A stretch of DNA of 64,000 bases from the human T2T-CHM13v2.0 reference genome, Homo sapiens, in assembly GCF_009914755.1 (NCBI RefSeq), contig NC_060937.1; one strand, written 5' to 3'. Below, piece by piece: positions 58,817 through 64,000 of this stretch. Within the stretch, counting starts at the first letter, position 1. Every line of letters starts with the position of its first letter. Under the pieces are notes generated by a model, which was given only the letters and a program-made list of their open reading frames with translations, searched no databases and was not told the origin of the DNA. The position numbers and the translations under genes are program-made.

Positions 58817-60139
58817 GCTTCTGCAGTAGAGACGATCAAAAAGCAAGGGTTATTATGAATTGTCCATTGGGTCTGTGAGTTAGGGAAAGGTGTACTGAGG
58901 GTGCTGGGTAGAAGAAAGATGATATAGATTGAGGCATGAATGATAGTCAAGAACTTACGAAACATAATGAGAAAAAGACAAAAAGAAGGTAAAATACCAA
59001 GAATCAAAAGCTCCATGACCTCTAACATTTACTCTAAGTGGGAGTCATACTTAATGCTGGCTGGATACGTTTCCAATAATCCTATAGGTGAGCAAGACAC
59101 AGTGTTTCAATGTTTATAAGGGCAGGTTCCTTGTAAATCTCTCAAGTGTGCAGATAATTGCACTTGGTGGGTGGCAATCAGGACAGCATGAGAGAGTTTT
59201 CAAGGGCACCAGCATCATACCAAATATTTGCAACAGTCTGTCAAAGAGATGGAGTGTCTAGGAATGAAGCTTTTGTGAAGTCATAGCTTGCATCTATTTC
59301 TATTCTGTAATATAGATCTGTGGTCGTATGCAGTATGTATCTTTCTATTGCAACACATATATAATGCATTATGTATAAAGACAGGCTTAAAGTTGATCCA
59401 TTTTGTCATTTTTACTGAAGTTAATCCACTCAGCAGTTCCTGTTTCTAAATGTATTTTAGATGTTTAAAATTGATGTTAAGCAAATTGTCATAGTCTTCT
59501 TTTAATACCATCCAATCTAAAAGTGTAGAAGAAGACACATCTAAAGAAAACCTGGGTACTTATAAATTTTTAAAATAATCCAGATGAATAAGAGGAAAAG
59601 AGAACGATTAGATAACAATCATGTAGGGTGCAGTAGCCTAGAGAAGCAATGATAGCATTGCCAATTCATCCTAATGACTGCATCTGTTCCCTATACATGG
59701 AATTGATGGCACCAACACAACTGCCGCCTCCTCCGTGTGAAAGAGCAGGTTGATGACTTGATGATGACTTTGACCTCAGAGATGGTGACCAGGTGCCAAT
59801 TAAAGTTACATTGTCGATACCCTTTAATATAATTAGAAATGAAAATAAGAAATGAATGGCTATGAAATTGCACTTTTACCTTGACAGCTAATGAAACAGG
59901 CTGTATGCCATACATCACTCGTGTATATGTATTTGTTTAAGGGGATGGTCACTAGCATCATCACATCCGTGAATCATTATTAGAATCATATTAAATAATA
60001 CTTAAGTTTACTCACTTTATTAAGTATACATATAAGTAAACATTGTATATTAATTATGTTAAGAAATAATATTTAATTATTAAAATTTTTTCTCCCACCT
60101 CTTCTCATTTCTCCTTCCTTCCCTTCCTTCCTTTTTTTT

Positions 60140-61350
60140 TATTCATGCAGCAATAGTTTGTGAATGTCTGGACACTAAAGTGTCCCAAAGTGTGGGACAC
60201 TTTGGGGATAAAAATATGGAATGCACAAAAAAGCCCCTATCTTCAAAGCCAGAGAAAACAGAAAAATGACCATTTGGAGTGATAAAGTAGAAGGAGCCCA
60301 GAAAGGAAGCATCTAGACCAGTCAGTGTGGGTTTATGGGTAGAGCTTTATAGGACATCTTGCAGTAGCTGACATGGAGTTGAGTCTTTAAGACCACTTAA
60401 AATGAGCCCGAAAGGGGTGTACACACAAGCAGGTGCAGAAGTGCAGCACTGAGGGAGCATGTGAGTTCAGCAGGTTCAGCCTGGGGGAGAGCAGATCCCG
60501 ATGGCCAGGGAGACGTTGAACTAGGGAAAGACACAGCAAGGACTGCCACATGAAGGGTCCTGGTGCCAAACTAAAAGCTAGGACTGGATGCAGGAGGTGA
60601 GGAGTCACTGCAGGATAGTAAGCAAGACCACGCAACAAATTAACTAGATAGGGCATGAGAGTTGTATTTTGGAGACTATTGATGAGAGTAATTGAGGAAG
60701 ATTTAGTTGAAGTTGTAGAGAGAAAACTTCATTGAGCTGAAGAAAACGACATAAACTTTCGAGATGTTTAGGATGTGGAAGGACCACAAGTTGATGAACC
60801 AGTCTTGACAGAGCCCAGGTCTGCAGGTAGGGAGGCGGAGAGAGGGCGGACCCAGTGGAATGGGAGCGAATGACTGGGGATGTGAGAGGATGGATGGAGA
60901 CAGCAACTTGTCTTGAGGTCTCCTTGGGAGATCGAAGCTGTGCTATCCAGAAGGAAATTCAATACATAGGTGTGAAGGTCAAGAAAGGGAGGATTGCATT
61001 TGAGTACATAACATTTTTAAGTCATTCATTCCTAAATGATAGTTTTAACCTTGAATGTGTTTGTGATCGCTAAAGAAAGACATGCTGGGAGAGCCAAGAA
61101 GCAGATGCTGAGGAGCACATACGCTTAGTGGGAGTGTGGACAGACCAGGGTCTATAAGGGACACTGACGATGTGTAAGGCAGGTAACAGGGAACAACCAA
61201 GTGTGGATGATAGTCAGTGATAAGGCGATTTCAATGAGGGAGAAGTCAACAGATCCATACACTATGGAAACAGAAATGTGTGACGGAGAGAAACTTTGAA
61301 ATATCGTTATTAAATTTGACCTATAACATGTTAGCTGTCTTGATATGGGA
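60140..61350. mobile_element. Old L2 fragments
   Basis: ttattcatgcagcaatagtttgtgaatgtct (L2 3' terminus-like) followed by decayed purine-rich L2-like sequence. Confidence 0.45.
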
Positions 61351-62749
61351 TGCTTTGATAAAGTGGGGTGCCCAAAACTCCAGTCTCTGTTTGCAGCAGA
61401 GACTAGAGAAAATATGTTAAAACAAGTTCAAATGAAAAATAGATTTATAGAGATTTGTATTCTCTACTGACAAAATTTATCTGTGCTGCCCAAGATAGAC
61501 ATCATTTGTGCTGCTTTGGAAAGGAATTATTTGCATTGCTAGAAGTTTTCTATATCCACAGAGCTATAAAATAACCTTCTCACAAGCAATCGAAGGTCAC
61601 ACTTCTGTAGAATTAGGTAATTACCAGAGGGCCCACTGGACAATGCCCAGCATTCTGTTCAAAGCATACTCCCAGACAGTATTCTCTGCTTCACTGTGGT
61701 TTCCCCAGTACCAAGCACGATGTTGTATTTGTGTTTGTCTCAATGGGTAGTTATCAAAAGAGGTAACTTCCAGGTAGAAAGCTTAGATAGGATCCAGCCT
61801 TTGAGATATGTGTTGTGTCAAAGGCATGTGATATATTAGTGGATATTAAGAGATGAACCATCTTATACAATATTAATTTCTTTAGGGTTCTAGCTAATGC
61901 CAATTTTAATCATGACTTTTTTTGAATTTTGATCTTCATTACCATTATTAGTGCCTATCAGTGAATGATAATATACCTTAATTTCCATGACATTTCAAAT
62001 GTCATGCATCTTTTCTTATCATTTGGACCTATCCATCCAATATTTACAAATAGTGAAAGTAAGTCATCAAGATACAATATGACAATTTGGTGCACAAATT
62101 ATTTTCCCTCAGAATATGTGTCTGGGACTCTGATTCTTAATGTTGCTAATTACCCCTCACTATTATCCAGTCATCTTTGTTATATTACTCAAAGGCAACA
62201 GATCTGTATTTAAAGCGTCTCACTGAAAAGAAATAGGAAGTCCATTATTTGTATTAAATTGATCATTCTGATATGTTCTGAAAATGTACATATCTGTTGC
62301 ATTTCATGGCTCAATGTGGCATAATAGAGTTAAATGACATTAAAATTCACTGCTACTAATGTTTAATATCTCACGGGCCAAATGTTTATTTTGTCTTTAT
62401 AATAAATATTGATTGGCTGTATTTTTAAAGTAATATTTTTCCAAATTAGCAAACATAATTCAGTTCAGATGCCAAACTCTAGCTCTTAATTCAACCCTTG
62501 CCACACTTTCCGAAGGAGGTGTGCAGAGGAAAGTGCCTTGCTGTAAAACCAGCCATGTGGTCTCAGCACCAGGCTGCTCCTTTGGAGATCATTGTTATTT
62601 CATTCTTAACTTCTCAGTGATGTGCTAATCAATTGCACTGGCAATGATATTCTGAACAGTAGATTCATATGGTAGTGAGTAACTCAATATCTGAAATAGG
62701 CATAAACTTGTTTAAATACTAAAATTATTGGCATTAGCCACAAAACTCA

Positions 62750-63050
<301 letters not shown>

Positions 63051-64000
63051 TAAAAACTCCACAACGCTCTTTAGCCATTTTCAAGAACAGCCTTCTCTCT
63101 TCAGTAAGAGGAGAAAAACACTGGAATAACAAATATCTCCAACAACTAAATCTACCTGTTTAATTTTCTGTCCCTCCTGAAAGATAGGAGGTCAGACTGA
63201 CCTTGGTGAATATTTGATTAAGGAGCAAATTGCTTTAGGAATGGGATAATTTTACTTAAACCTCAGAGCTTAAACAGGTCTTTTATTTAGGCTTAAACAA
63301 CAAATGAACATCTGTTCTTTTCAGTTTAACGAAACAAGCTGTTCTTGTACCTGATAAATACAAGCCATGGCTCAGCCAGTGAATTATAAAATGCATGAAG
63401 GATAAAGATATCGATTTGAATGTACAAAACAGGCTGGGCTCAGTGTCCTCCTGAGCATGCGTGATCAAATCAGAGAACAGTGTGGTTGGTTCCTCTGCCT
63501 GCGACCATTATTTCAGCTCCATCGCAGTCTGGGTTCTCCAAGAGGGCACAGTTTTAAATTCAATGTCCCCTTTGGTAGATGGTTCTGAGTATTAGGTATG
63601 CACGGGTGCGGAGTCTGTGTTGAAAAATATCCTAGGGCTGTATGGGAAGCAAGTACAAACCTGGCTAAAATAAACATTACGTGTGGGAAAGGCTGCTCAG
63701 GAGATGGAGCTTGGTGTATGTTTCATGCTGAGACACTTCTAATTTAGTGTTTCACTTTCATCCATTTCTTGAATAAATACAATGTTGTTATATGGCACAA
63801 CTAAAATGAAACGGTGGGACCAGCTTTGAGTAAGAGAACTCGAGAGTATTGTCATGTAAATTCTTAGCAGATGCTCTGAATTCATTTTTTATCTGCTTCC
63901 TGGTATTGCCTAATCCCAGGAGCTGAAGCATAATTCAGCATTCTTTTTTTTTTATTATTCAGCTCCCATATTGTCTGGGAGGAGAGACCCCCTGGCTTAA

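Overview
Primate (almost certainly human) genomic DNA lying wholly inside a large + strand gene that I recognise as MYO16 (unconventional myosin XVI). Four coding exons (22239-22314, 27723-27898, 30469-30549, 30811-31016) splice with canonical GT-AG ends and matching phases into the distal motor domain (loop 2, W helix, CIRPN strand, SH2/SH1 helix region). The rest is intron filled with Alu, L1, L2, MIR, MaLR/ERVL LTRs, hAT-Charlie MERs and a near-full-length Tigger1 interrupted by a 5'-inverted L1. Repeat subfamily names and old-repeat boundaries were judged by eye and are approximate. I found no evidence for a new multi-gene system, CRISPR array or RNA gene. The best leads are at the RNA-processing level. 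One is a 204-nt AG-free, nearly A-free acceptor region that implies a distant branch point for the in-frame 81-nt exon. Another is a set of candidate exits that would truncate MYO16 inside its motor: a poison exon, a hydrophobic intron read-through, intronic polyadenylation and an alternative last exon. There are also young-looking structural oddities: a 114-bp tandem duplication, a 23-bp minisatellite and a 62-bp array inside an LTR.
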